Shown here in pieces: positions 38,793 to 47,613 of a stretch of DNA of 64,000 nucleotides. Under the pieces are notes generated by a model. The model made no database searches. It was not told where the DNA came from and saw only the letters and a program-made list of their open reading frames with translations. The translations under genes were made by a program, and so were the position numbers. Source of the stretch: an uncultured candidate division Zixibacteria bacterium (GTDB lineage: Bacteria; Zixibacteria; MSB-5A5; GN15; FEB-12). The stretch covers positions 128,001-192,000 of the forward strand of contig CAVTJJ010000006.1 of NCBI GenBank assembly GCA_963735035.1, written 5' to 3'. Numbering within the stretch: position 1 is the stretch's first letter; each line of letters opens with the position of its first letter.

Positions 38793-41775
38793 GTCCCAGT
38801 CTCTGACCGAGAGTCTTTATTTCGATGGCCAACGATTGAACCAGCGGTCGAGCCAGGAACAGCTTTTGGTCTGCTGGATCGGGAATGCTTTCAGCGACTT
38901 GACGGCACAGGCTCAAGCCCCGTCTGGCGAAAGCAAAAGCCTTTTCGTAATTACCTTCAATCTTAGCTATTTGCCCCAGCATTGTGATAGAAGTGATAAG
39001 TTCCGGAACCAGTCCTGCTGTTTCAGCAAGGCCGCGTGCCGTTTCAAACCGGCTTGCCGCCTGCCGGCGTTCCTGCCGGTTCAAGTAAACAACTCCTGCC
39101 AGATTGAGCATCCACGGTCGCTCGATATCCGACTCCGGGTCGACCAGCTCGTCGACCAGCGATTTGGCGAAGTCGAACGCACGCTCAACATCTCCCGCTT
39201 CCAGTAGGAACTCGAGTCGCCCAAACCAGAGCACACGGCGCTCCCGGTTGAGCCGTTGCTCGATGACCATCTTATTGGCACTTTCCCAATATTGGGAATC
39301 ATCAGTAAGCCGTACCAGGAGAAGTAGGCTCTCCAGTTTCGCGACCGTGCTCTTCGCCTCGGAAGCCGCACAATGGACCTTCTGTGCGATAGTCAGGGCG
39401 CTCGCGTAGTCTCCCAAACCCCGTCGGATACTGGCCTTTCGGATTTCTGATCGCAGGCTCATGAAGTAGTCATCCAGAGTGGCGAGAATACTGGTTACCT
39501 TGTCGAGTGATCTAAGCGAGTCATTGAAACGACCCTCCCGCTCGAATATGTAGGCTTGATAATAGGACATTGAAGCTTCGTGAGCCATCAAGTTGCTGGC
39601 TTTCGCGAGGGATAGTCCTTCGTCAATCAGGGTATGCGACTTTTCTAATTCTCCCGCTGTGACTCTAACTGCTACGAGATTCTCGAGATTATAAAGGATT
39701 TCTTTCTTACTTCCTATTTGGCGGTTTATCTGCAGGGCCTCAGTCAACGAGTCGGCTGCTTTGGCGCGAGAGCCAGCTACCTGATGAGCATACCCCAGAT
39801 TGTTTAGGGTACGGGCGATCTCGCCAAGATTGCCGATTTCCCTCTTGAGGGAGAGAGTATGGTTGAATAGGAATATGCCGCGTTTCATTTGACCGCGTAC
39901 GCAGCAAACCGAAGCAATGTTCTGCAGGGTAGAAGCAATATCCGGCTTGGCTTTGAGCCGTTTCTGAATCTTGTAGGCTTCGCGATAAAAGGCGAGGGCT
40001 CGCCGGGTATCGTCACTGTACCAGTGGACGTTACCAATGTTGGTAAGCGTGTGGGATATCTCCAATTCGTCACCAAGATCGCGGAAGACGGCCAGAGATT
40101 TATCGAGTGCCTCCAGGGCCAATTTGCTCTTCTGACGAAGTCGGTACACGTCCCCCAGGTACTTGTAGGTCTCGGCTAGCAGCTTATCGACCGGGCGTTT
40201 GTCGTAGAGTTGGATTACCCGAAGATATTCTTTCTCCGCCTGATCGAGTTCTCCGACATCCTTGTGGATAGTTCCCTTGAGTTTTAGGGCCCGTCGTATG
40301 TCGTACTCCCGGCCGGTCAGTCGAGCGTGACGATCCAGAGCCAGCAGGAGGGCCAGAGCTTCCGGCGTATGGTTCTCTTTCGTCATGGTGGCTGCGGCCA
40401 GTTCGGCGCACCGTTCGGCCTCGGTGAGGTTCCCGGCTTGCATATGAAGGCGACAGGCCAGTTCGTGGGCGTTCTGCCGGTACGCTACTGTTGCAAGGTG
40501 AGCCGACAGTGTCTCTATTGTCCGCGGACGTAGGAGTTGTTGCAGCAGTCCTGTCAGGGCCGCAGGTGCTGCCGCTTCAGGCCAAGCGCGGGTCGGTTCG
40601 ATACAGGCAAGAGCGTCATTTCCACCGACTACCGCAGTGCGTACTGCAATTCTTTTCGCCGACCAATCGGCTTTCGAAAACCAGCTCAGGGTTCGGCGAC
40701 GCATAGCGCAAGGCCAATATGCGGGTGCGTCGAGTCGGAACTTCCCGTCGACATATTTCAAACGGTCACGAATGAAGTTACCGGTCAATAGCAGGCGTAG
40801 GTTCTCCGTCTTACCGTCTGTTAGGTCGAGCAAGCGCTTGTGGTCGGGTTCGGAAAGGGCAAGGTGTCGTTCTATGAACCCGTCAAACGAATCATCTGCC
40901 CGAAATAGGAAGGCCGGCCGCAAGGCTTTTCGGAACGGATATTGAGCTCCTACCTGTTCAAGCATTTCGCACACCTGCCAGCCCGACTGAGGTCGCTCGC
41001 TATCCGTTTTGGAGAGAAGCTGCATTACCAGATCGCTGAGTTCTTCAGGGACGTCCGGGCGCAGTGCCGAAGGGCTCTTCGGGGTGTGTTCACATATGTG
41101 GCTGTTTATTTTGACAGGATCTGTCCCATCGTCATGGAACGGATGCCTTCCAGTAAGCAGTTGATACGCTATGACACCGAGCGCAAACAGGTCCGAGCAG
41201 TGGCTGGTACGATGTTCGCGAATGGTCTCGGGCGCCATGTAGCCGATCGTTCCCAATCCCAGCCGCACACTCTCCGGCTCGTCGTTGCGCCGTCCGAGAG
41301 AAAAATCGGACAGCTTGAGGAAGAAGAGTTGGTCTGATCTGAGCGAAGACCAGGCTTCAGGGAGAAACAGGTTGTGTGGCTTCAGGTCTCCGTGGATCAA
41401 TCCGACAGCGCGCAGGAATTCGAGATCAAGCGCCGCCGCCGAGATGATATTCATGGCTGCAGCTAGATCGTCAATGCGCGCTACTTTATCGAGAGTTGGT
41501 CCGGCGCAGAGTTCCAGTACCAGATGGTCGAATTCTGGTGATGGGTCAGTTAGCGGACGAACAAGACCGGGGAAGCGATAGCCGCCGATCAAGGCATATT
41601 CACGACGAACCAGACCGGCGAATTTTTCGGTTGAGAGTTCCGGGTCGGTAAGGGCGTACTTGACAGCAACGGGCTTGTTGATCTGAATGTGGAACGCCCG
41701 CACGACTTCAGCCGTGCCGCCCTGTCCGAGAGGGCACGTGGCCCGCAGGGCAGTATCTTCGACAGGTCGATACAT
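38770..41775 (-). CDS. Ser/Thr protein kinase with long C-terminal TPR array
   Basis: LGQGG, VAVK, HGDLKPHN, DFS, GT.GYMAPE, DLFALG; repeated TL.N.G...A...Y..AL TPR units; no TM segment. Confidence 0.9.
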   Translation of the reverse strand: MYRPVEDTALRATCPLGQGGTAEVVRAFHIQINKPVAVKYALTDPELSTEKFAGLVRREYALIGGYRFPGLVRPLTDPSPEFDHLVLELCAGPTLDKVARIDDLAAAMNIISAAALDLEFLRAVGLIHGDLKPHNLFLPEAWSSLRSDQLFFLKLSDFSLGRRNDEPESVRLGLGTIGYMAPETIREHRTSHCSDLFALGVIAYQLLTGRHPFHDDGTDPVKINSHICEHTPKSPSALRPDVPEELSDLVMQLLSKTDSERPQSGWQVCEMLEQVGAQYPFRKALRPAFLFRADDSFDGFIERHLALSEPDHKRLLDLTDGKTENLRLLLTGNFIRDRLKYVDGKFRLDAPAYWPCAMRRRTLSWFSKADWSAKRIAVRTAVVGGNDALACIEPTRAWPEAAAPAALTGLLQQLLRPRTIETLSAHLATVAYRQNAHELACRLHMQAGNLTEAERCAELAAATMTKENHTPEALALLLALDRHARLTGREYDIRRALKLKGTIHKDVGELDQAEKEYLRVIQLYDKRPVDKLLAETYKYLGDVYRLRQKSKLALEALDKSLAVFRDLGDELEISHTLTNIGNVHWYSDDTRRALAFYREAYKIQKRLKAKPDIASTLQNIASVCCVRGQMKRGIFLFNHTLSLKREIGNLGEIARTLNNLGYAHQVAGSRAKAADSLTEALQINRQIGSKKEILYNLENLVAVRVTAGELEKSHTLIDEGLSLAKASNLMAHEASMSYYQAYIFEREGRFNDSLRSLDKVTSILATLDDYFMSLRSEIRKASIRRGLGDYASALTIAQKVHCAASEAKSTVAKLESLLLLVRLTDDSQYWESANKMVIEQRLNRERRVLWFGRLEFLLEAGDVERAFDFAKSLVDELVDPESDIERPWMLNLAGVVYLNRQERRQAASRFETARGLAETAGLVPELITSITMLGQIAKIEGNYEKAFAFARRGLSLCRQVAESIPDPADQKLFLARPLVQSLAIEIKTLGQRLGQKAKADL

Positions 41776-41793
41776 GGCGTTCTGCCTTGTGCG

Positions 41794-43593
41794 TCAGTGC
41801 GACTGAATGCGCGGAAGATTCACTACAAAAGTAGTGCCGTTGCCGGCTACCGAGGACACGGACAGAACACCACCGTGCTGCTCGATAATCGCTTTACAGT
41901 TGTACAGGCCGAGTCCGTGGCCGCCCTTCTTGGTGGTAAAATGCAGGTTGAATATCTTCGTAAGGGTTTCCGGCGACATGCCGTTACCGTTATCCTTGAT
42001 GCTAACGGCGAGCTTGTCGGTCTTACGGTCGAATTCAGTACGAATGACGATCTCCCGCTTGAACTCCGCCGGGTCCGCTCCATCGGCCGTAGCCCGTTCT
42101 TCAATCGCGTCTGAGGCGTTATTCAGCAAGTTGAGCAGCACCTGCTGGATCTGACCAACATCCATCTCAACGGGTGGGATTTCATCGGCCAGATCGATCG
42201 TGAAATGCACCATCTTGAAGCGTGGTTGAATTTGCAGCGAGAACAGCAGATCATCGATAAGATGCTTTATATCGTAGCTGATGTATTCCGGCTCCGGTTT
42301 GGAGAAATCCATCAGGTTGTCGACAAACTTCTTGATCTTGAAAATATTGTCCGTAATCGACTTGGCGTTGAACTTGACCTTGTCGAATTTCTCCCGGTCG
42401 ATGTTTACCGTCATCAGCTCGGCGTTGTTGGCGATGATCGACAGATAGTTGTTCAGTTCGTGGGCGACCGACGCCGCCATTTCACCTCGGGCTACCAGCT
42501 TTTCGGACAGTATGACATACTGTTCCATGGTGACCTTTTCGGTGATATCTTCGATCGCCATGATGAGGCCGTCGCGCCCGTCGGGGAGATGGTCCAGCGG
42601 GGAAATTTTGAGCGACAGTACTTTTTCGAGATAACGGGTATGATGATAGAACCTCGGCTCGGCCACTTCGTGGCCGGTCGTCAATACCATATTGATCATT
42701 GACTGCCAGCGCTGCCGTTGAGATTCCGGAAGTGTGTCCAGGAATTTGGTCTGATCGCCGCCGGTCTTCAAATCGGTTACCTTGTCTTTGTCGAGATCGA
42801 ATATTTCGAGGGCGGCCGGATTGATAGTCAGAATTCTTCCACGGGCATCGATCACCACGATGCCGACCGGGGAGTTCGACACCACGGAATCATTGTATTC
42901 TTCGAGGCGCAGGACCTGTTCGTATACATGGGCGTTGTGCAGCGCATTGGCCACCATCTGTGCGTACAGCTCGAACAGATAGAGATCGGATTTGAGAAAC
43001 ATGCGCGACTGGCTGGAATTATCGAGATAGATAACGCCAAAGATCTTGTCCTTGATTTTGATGGGCACGCACATGATCGAGCACAGATGCAACTCGATGA
43101 CCGATTGCTGCTGGGCATAACGGTTATCGTTCTGAGCATCGGAACTGTAGATCGACCGACCGGTTCTGATAACCTCGCGAGCGGTACTGGTCGAGATTTT
43201 GAACTCGTCCTGGACCATGTCTTCGCGACACAAGTTGTAGACCGCTCTGACCTGCAGCTCACCGTCGTCGTCAAGAAGCATGATCAGACCGCGTTCGGCC
43301 TGCATCAACTCGATGGCTTTCATCATGACCAACTGCAGGACATCGTCGATAACCAGCGAGGAATTGGCCGCCATCGAGACTTCGAGCAGGGCCCGGAGGT
43401 CTGACTGGCGCGTATTCATCTCGGTTGGTTCGTCGGCCAGCCGCGGATTAGATTCCGCAACTTCGTCCAGCGTGGCCTCCAAGTCGGCAAAGAGGTCGAT
43501 TGACGGCTTGTCGCCTGCGTCAGCTACCTGGGTTCGGACTCCGGTAGAATCCGAATGGGACCGTTTACGTGAGTGTTTGGTAGTCTTATCCAT
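41794..43593 (-). CDS. Cytoplasmic GAF-PAS histidine kinase
   Basis: GAF (SIMCVPI...GVIYLDN), PAS (SPVGIVVID..G.I..INPAA), AHELNN, NLLNNA.DA, DNG.GM, FTTK..GHGLGL. Confidence 0.92.
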   Translation of the reverse strand: MDKTTKHSRKRSHSDSTGVRTQVADAGDKPSIDLFADLEATLDEVAESNPRLADEPTEMNTRQSDLRALLEVSMAANSSLVIDDVLQLVMMKAIELMQAERGLIMLLDDDGELQVRAVYNLCREDMVQDEFKISTSTAREVIRTGRSIYSSDAQNDNRYAQQQSVIELHLCSIMCVPIKIKDKIFGVIYLDNSSQSRMFLKSDLYLFELYAQMVANALHNAHVYEQVLRLEEYNDSVVSNSPVGIVVIDARGRILTINPAALEIFDLDKDKVTDLKTGGDQTKFLDTLPESQRQRWQSMINMVLTTGHEVAEPRFYHHTRYLEKVLSLKISPLDHLPDGRDGLIMAIEDITEKVTMEQYVILSEKLVARGEMAASVAHELNNYLSIIANNAELMTVNIDREKFDKVKFNAKSITDNIFKIKKFVDNLMDFSKPEPEYISYDIKHLIDDLLFSLQIQPRFKMVHFTIDLADEIPPVEMDVGQIQQVLLNLLNNASDAIEERATADGADPAEFKREIVIRTEFDRKTDKLAVSIKDNGNGMSPETLTKIFNLHFTTKKGGHGLGLYNCKAIIEQHGGVLSVSSVAGNGTTFVVNLPRIQSH

Positions 43594-43697
43594 TCCAACC
43601 TGTCGAAAAAAGGTTTTTCAACCAAATTATCGGCGGGCGGTCCGGTTTCCTTGACTGGCTGGATCGGGGTGGGAAAAACCCTGCTGTTAGAGGGTTC

Positions 43698-44330
43698 TTA
43701 AGGCGTTTGGGGGACATCCCCAAGAGTAAAGGGTCGTGACTTGACCGAATATTGCCTACGCCCGTAATCGGTCAGCTCCAGGAACCGGCGAAACAAGTAC
43801 TTAACCGGGGAATCGGCCCCCTCGTCCGAGGACACTTTGTCGGCCAGGTTCAGATCGGTCAGGAATATTGAGGTTATCTTGAAATTGACTTTGAGGGTCT
43901 TTTCAGGATCAATCGCGGACACTTTCTGGACACAAATTTCCACCGAATCGGCCAAATACCCCTCGATCTTGCCGGAATCGATTAGCGTTCTGGCTTGGCT
44001 GCTGTCGCCGGGATCGAGTACGAAATCGTCAGTTACCTTACGGTAGCTCAGACGTACGGTCCGGACTCGTTCCGTCACCTGATGGTCGCTCCAGAGCCAG
44101 CGGGGAGTGCTGAGTTCGACCCGGCATTCCAGCGCGATGTCGACTCCGTCGCTAAGTCGGTCCCAGCCCTGCCCATCGAGCAGCGGAGAAAGATCGATCC
44201 AGGTTGTCAGGCAGGAGTCTCTGATGAAAAGGTCATAGAAGAACTCGGGTTCATTCGCAGGGGTTGTCTGCGAATGAACCGATGAGATCGTCGACAGCGA
44301 CAACGCAAGTAGCAACGCAAGTTTCTTCAT
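43698..44330 (-). CDS. Exported DUF4390-like protein
   Basis: Signal peptide; L.DGV...R..W.D...LSY pattern; lies in an NtrY/NtrX-like neighbourhood. Confidence 0.5.
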   Translation of the reverse strand: MKKLALLLALSLSTISSVHSQTTPANEPEFFYDLFIRDSCLTTWIDLSPLLDGQGWDRLSDGVDIALECRVELSTPRWLWSDHQVTERVRTVRLSYRKVTDDFVLDPGDSSQARTLIDSGKIEGYLADSVEICVQKVSAIDPEKTLKVNFKITSIFLTDLNLADKVSSDEGADSPVKYLFRRFLELTDYGRRQYSVKSRPFTLGDVPQTP

Positions 44331-44357
44331 GGAACCAATGGCGCCCTGTCGCGCCCG

Positions 44358-46118
44358 TTACATGGAAAAACTCAGGCGCGCGAACAGGCGCGGATCATCA
44401 GCATACGACCGATCCAACCGTTTGGCCAGCCCGATCTTGAAGTCGCTCCCAATGTACATGGCAACTCCGAGCGAATGCTTGGCCTCCGACTTGTCAAAAC
44501 TCGAAGATTCATCGACCTGGCCGATATCCCACATCAACGAAGCCGCCAGATCACTGTGGGGGAAATCAACCCGGTATTCAGTATTGACCATCCACAGATA
44601 TGCGCCGGAATACTCCTTGTGTTTGTAGCCGTATAGAGTGCCGAGGCCGCCCAGGTAGAAGCGGCGGTGCATCGGCAGAATACCGTCCGAACCGCCGTAG
44701 GTTCCCCGCAACAGGAGCATCGTCTGGTGAGTCACTTGCTGATAGCGCGCCGCCGATAACCGAAAGCGGGTATAGTCGAAATCAGAATCGAGGCCGGGGC
44801 TGGATTTTTCTATCACGGCATTGGCTGCCCAGCCGGATCTATAGAATGGGTCATGCGAGTCACGAGTGTCATAAGTTGCCTGGGCGTAAAGCGAGGCGTT
44901 GACTCCCGAATCAATTTGGCCGATTCCTTTCGCCCGTGACACAGAATCTACCGTACTGAAATTGGCGGCGAACTTGTCCTCGCCGGCAAAGAGCGACCAT
45001 AAGTTAGGTTGAGCGTCCAGCCATTTTGTTTCCTCATACCGGAAGCCGGTTTCTAAGTCCAAGTTATGCAGGGGACTGGAGCGTAACCAGAGAGAGCCAC
45101 CTTCCGCCTCGTAATAGTCCTTATAGTCTTCCCTGGCTATAATGGCAAAACAGGTGTTCTCTTCGCCTGACAGGAGCCAGTCGTCATCCGATGCCAACAG
45201 CCGATACGCCTTACCGCCCACGGCCAGGGAGGGATGCCGAAGCAACGTTTGTTCCAGGCCGAGTTCGTAGCGCCATCGCTCTGATTCGAAAGCATATCCG
45301 CCTCCGGCCCAGACTGAGGGTAGTAAAGAGTCAGGGTCTGAGAATTTGAGCATCATTCCCAACGATAGTCCGTCAACCCGATTGTAACCGCAGATCTTAT
45401 CGGGGCTGGAAATGTCAAAGTAGTCGGCGTAGACGTTTCGGAAACGGCGATACCGATGGCGTCGTCCGATCCGATCATCTGAGCCCGAACGAACTGAACC
45501 GTAGACCGCCGCGTCTCCGGCCAACTGAATCTTACCAGTGACAGAGACAATATCACCCCGAATCGTCGCCGAATCGCCGACAGTGATATCGCCAAACAAC
45601 GAGATGACATCCTTGTTTACTTCGCCGTATACCTTGATGTCACCAGTTAGCGAGAAGACCGAACCGCGAACAAAATCATCGTCCTGCACGACTATCGAAT
45701 TGGACGGATCTATTATGTTACCTCGGCGGGTGCGGCCGACTTGATCGCCGTTGCCGCGAGAATAGAAGCTCACTACGGTGTACCCTTCCTGTCGTTCGAC
45801 AGAAATGTCTGAGACGTCAGAGAAGCGGTACAGGGTGTCGTTGACAAGCAGACCTTCCTGATCGATCAGTTTCTGACCGTCAGCCAATATCTCCTCGCCC
45901 CGTACTTTCACTGTGGGGAGTTGCGACATGTATACGCTGGTGTCGCCATTCTCGAGCACGGCGCATCCGAACGAGTCTTTGTCGAACATCAGCCTGAACA
46001 TCAGGCGAGGGCCAGAGTCTTCTTTGTAGTCAGCGTACTGTGCCTGGACAGGCCCGACAACGGTGAGAACCATCAAAGTTGCAGCGAGAACGAAGAGCGA
46101 GTTGTTTTTCCGAATCAT
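44358..46118 (-). CDS. Outer-membrane Omp85/BamA-TamA-like barrel with N-terminal beta-helix (bactofilin-like) repeats
   Basis: GGAGG RBS; signal peptide; G.V.S..GDI.V.G.V repeats; YNRVDG, YDTRD, FYLGG.GTL.GY, C-terminal LSFSM. Confidence 0.7.
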   Translation of the reverse strand: MIRKNNSLFVLAATLMVLTVVGPVQAQYADYKEDSGPRLMFRLMFDKDSFGCAVLENGDTSVYMSQLPTVKVRGEEILADGQKLIDQEGLLVNDTLYRFSDVSDISVERQEGYTVVSFYSRGNGDQVGRTRRGNIIDPSNSIVVQDDDFVRGSVFSLTGDIKVYGEVNKDVISLFGDITVGDSATIRGDIVSVTGKIQLAGDAAVYGSVRSGSDDRIGRRHRYRRFRNVYADYFDISSPDKICGYNRVDGLSLGMMLKFSDPDSLLPSVWAGGGYAFESERWRYELGLEQTLLRHPSLAVGGKAYRLLASDDDWLLSGEENTCFAIIAREDYKDYYEAEGGSLWLRSSPLHNLDLETGFRYEETKWLDAQPNLWSLFAGEDKFAANFSTVDSVSRAKGIGQIDSGVNASLYAQATYDTRDSHDPFYRSGWAANAVIEKSSPGLDSDFDYTRFRLSAARYQQVTHQTMLLLRGTYGGSDGILPMHRRFYLGGLGTLYGYKHKEYSGAYLWMVNTEYRVDFPHSDLAASLMWDIGQVDESSSFDKSEAKHSLGVAMYIGSDFKIGLAKRLDRSYADDPRLFARLSFSM

Positions 46119-46147
46119 AATCGAACCTCCAATTTGCGCGGATATAC

Positions 46148-46164
46148 AACAAGTTCTGTGCCAA
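46148..46164 (-). promoter_or_regulatory. Sigma54 (-24/-12) promoter
   Basis: TTGGCAC-AGAAC-TTGTT versus consensus TGGCAC-N5-TTGC; directly downstream of a sigma54 activator gene. Confidence 0.65.
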
Positions 46165-46266
46165 CGCGTCAACTTGTGATTTTACGGGCATTTAGAGGAA
46201 ATATCGATACCCCGGCGTGTGATCTCGCCACGCTCACGCACAGAATCAAGGCACGGATTTGATACA

Positions 46267-47613
46267 TCAGGATTCGCGGCCCTTCAGCCCGAAATCTTTC
46301 ACCTTGCGGGAAAGGTTGGCCCGGTCGAGACCGAGACGCCGCGCGGCTTCGGCGATATTTCCGTCGCAGGTCGCCATGACCTGCCCGATCAATTCGCGCT
46401 CGAAACGCAGCATTTGATCCGATAGTGTTACTTCGGCCTGGCTCGACTCGGCCCCTCGACCAGAGCCCAGGCTGGGTGTCACATCGGCGACATCAACCGT
46501 GCGGCCGGAGTAGAGAATAGTCAATCGTTCGATCAGGTTCTTTAGTTGTCGCACATTGCCGGGATACTGATGCATACTCAGGGTCGCCATTGCGGCCGGA
46601 GTGAATCGGGTGCGGACGGCAGGATCGTAACGCTTGAGAAACTCACCGATCAGGAGGGGGATGTCATCCGGTCGTTCCGACAGGGGCGGCACTTCGATTC
46701 TAAAGACTGAGATGCGATAGAAGAGGTCCTGGCGGAACTTACCTTGAGAGATAAGTTGCTCGAGGTTCTGGTTCGTAGCGCAGATCACGCGTACGTCCAC
46801 CTGGCGAGGCTGAGCAGAGCCGAGGGTCTCGATCTCACCGGTTTCGAGGACGCGCAGAAGCTTCGCCTGGCAGGGGAGAGACAGATCGCCGATTTCATCG
46901 AGGAAGATTGTCCCTCGGTCGGCCAGCGCGAACTTGCCGGGGTTGTTCTTCACTGCCCCGGTAAAGGCGCCGCGCACATGGCCGAACAACTCGGATTCGA
47001 ACAAAGTCTCCGGGATTCCGGGGCAGTTGACCTTCAGGTAGGGCATGGTGCGCCGCTTGCTCTGAAGGTGAATCCGCGTCGCCACGAGTTCCTTGCCGGT
47101 GCCGTTGGCGCCGGTAATCAGAACCGTCGCGTCGGTCGGAGCAACATGACCGATGCTCCCCATGAGCTTCCGGACAGCCTCGGACTGACCAACTATGCGG
47201 CATTGCTCGTCGATTTCGTCCAGGGCGATGCGCCTCTGGCGTTCGGCCGAGGCCAGGGCTAAGGCGGCGTTTACTGAAGCTATCAGCTTTTCGGGCGGCA
47301 CCGGTTTTTCGAGGAAATCGACCGCGCCCAGCCGGACGGCGCGAAGGGCATCCGGAATATCCGCCTGCCCGGATATCACCAGCACGGCGGGGGAGTTGGG
47401 GTCTTCTTTCAAGGATTTGAGAAACTCCAGCCCGTGCTTGCCCGGCAACTGGAGATCGAGAAGAATCAGATCAAACGTGTTGCTCGATAGGAGACGTTCC
47501 GCTTCTTCGGCCGACTCGGCCGCACGCGTCTGCATGCCTTCATCTTTCAGGAGAGACGAAAACGATGTCCGGATGTTATGCTCGTCATCGATTATCAGGA
47601 TTTTGGCCGGCAT
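46267..47613 (-). CDS. Sigma54-dependent response regulator (NtrX/NtrC family)
   Basis: REC (IIDDE, LLD, EKP), G.NGTGKE, ESELFGH..GAFTGA, FLDEIG, FR.DLFYR, Fis-type HTH. Confidence 0.95.
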   Translation of the reverse strand: MPAKILIIDDEHNIRTSFSSLLKDEGMQTRAAESAEEAERLLSSNTFDLILLDLQLPGKHGLEFLKSLKEDPNSPAVLVISGQADIPDALRAVRLGAVDFLEKPVPPEKLIASVNAALALASAERQRRIALDEIDEQCRIVGQSEAVRKLMGSIGHVAPTDATVLITGANGTGKELVATRIHLQSKRRTMPYLKVNCPGIPETLFESELFGHVRGAFTGAVKNNPGKFALADRGTIFLDEIGDLSLPCQAKLLRVLETGEIETLGSAQPRQVDVRVICATNQNLEQLISQGKFRQDLFYRISVFRIEVPPLSERPDDIPLLIGEFLKRYDPAVRTRFTPAAMATLSMHQYPGNVRQLKNLIERLTILYSGRTVDVADVTPSLGSGRGAESSQAEVTLSDQMLRFERELIGQVMATCDGNIAEAARRLGLDRANLSRKVKDFGLKGRES

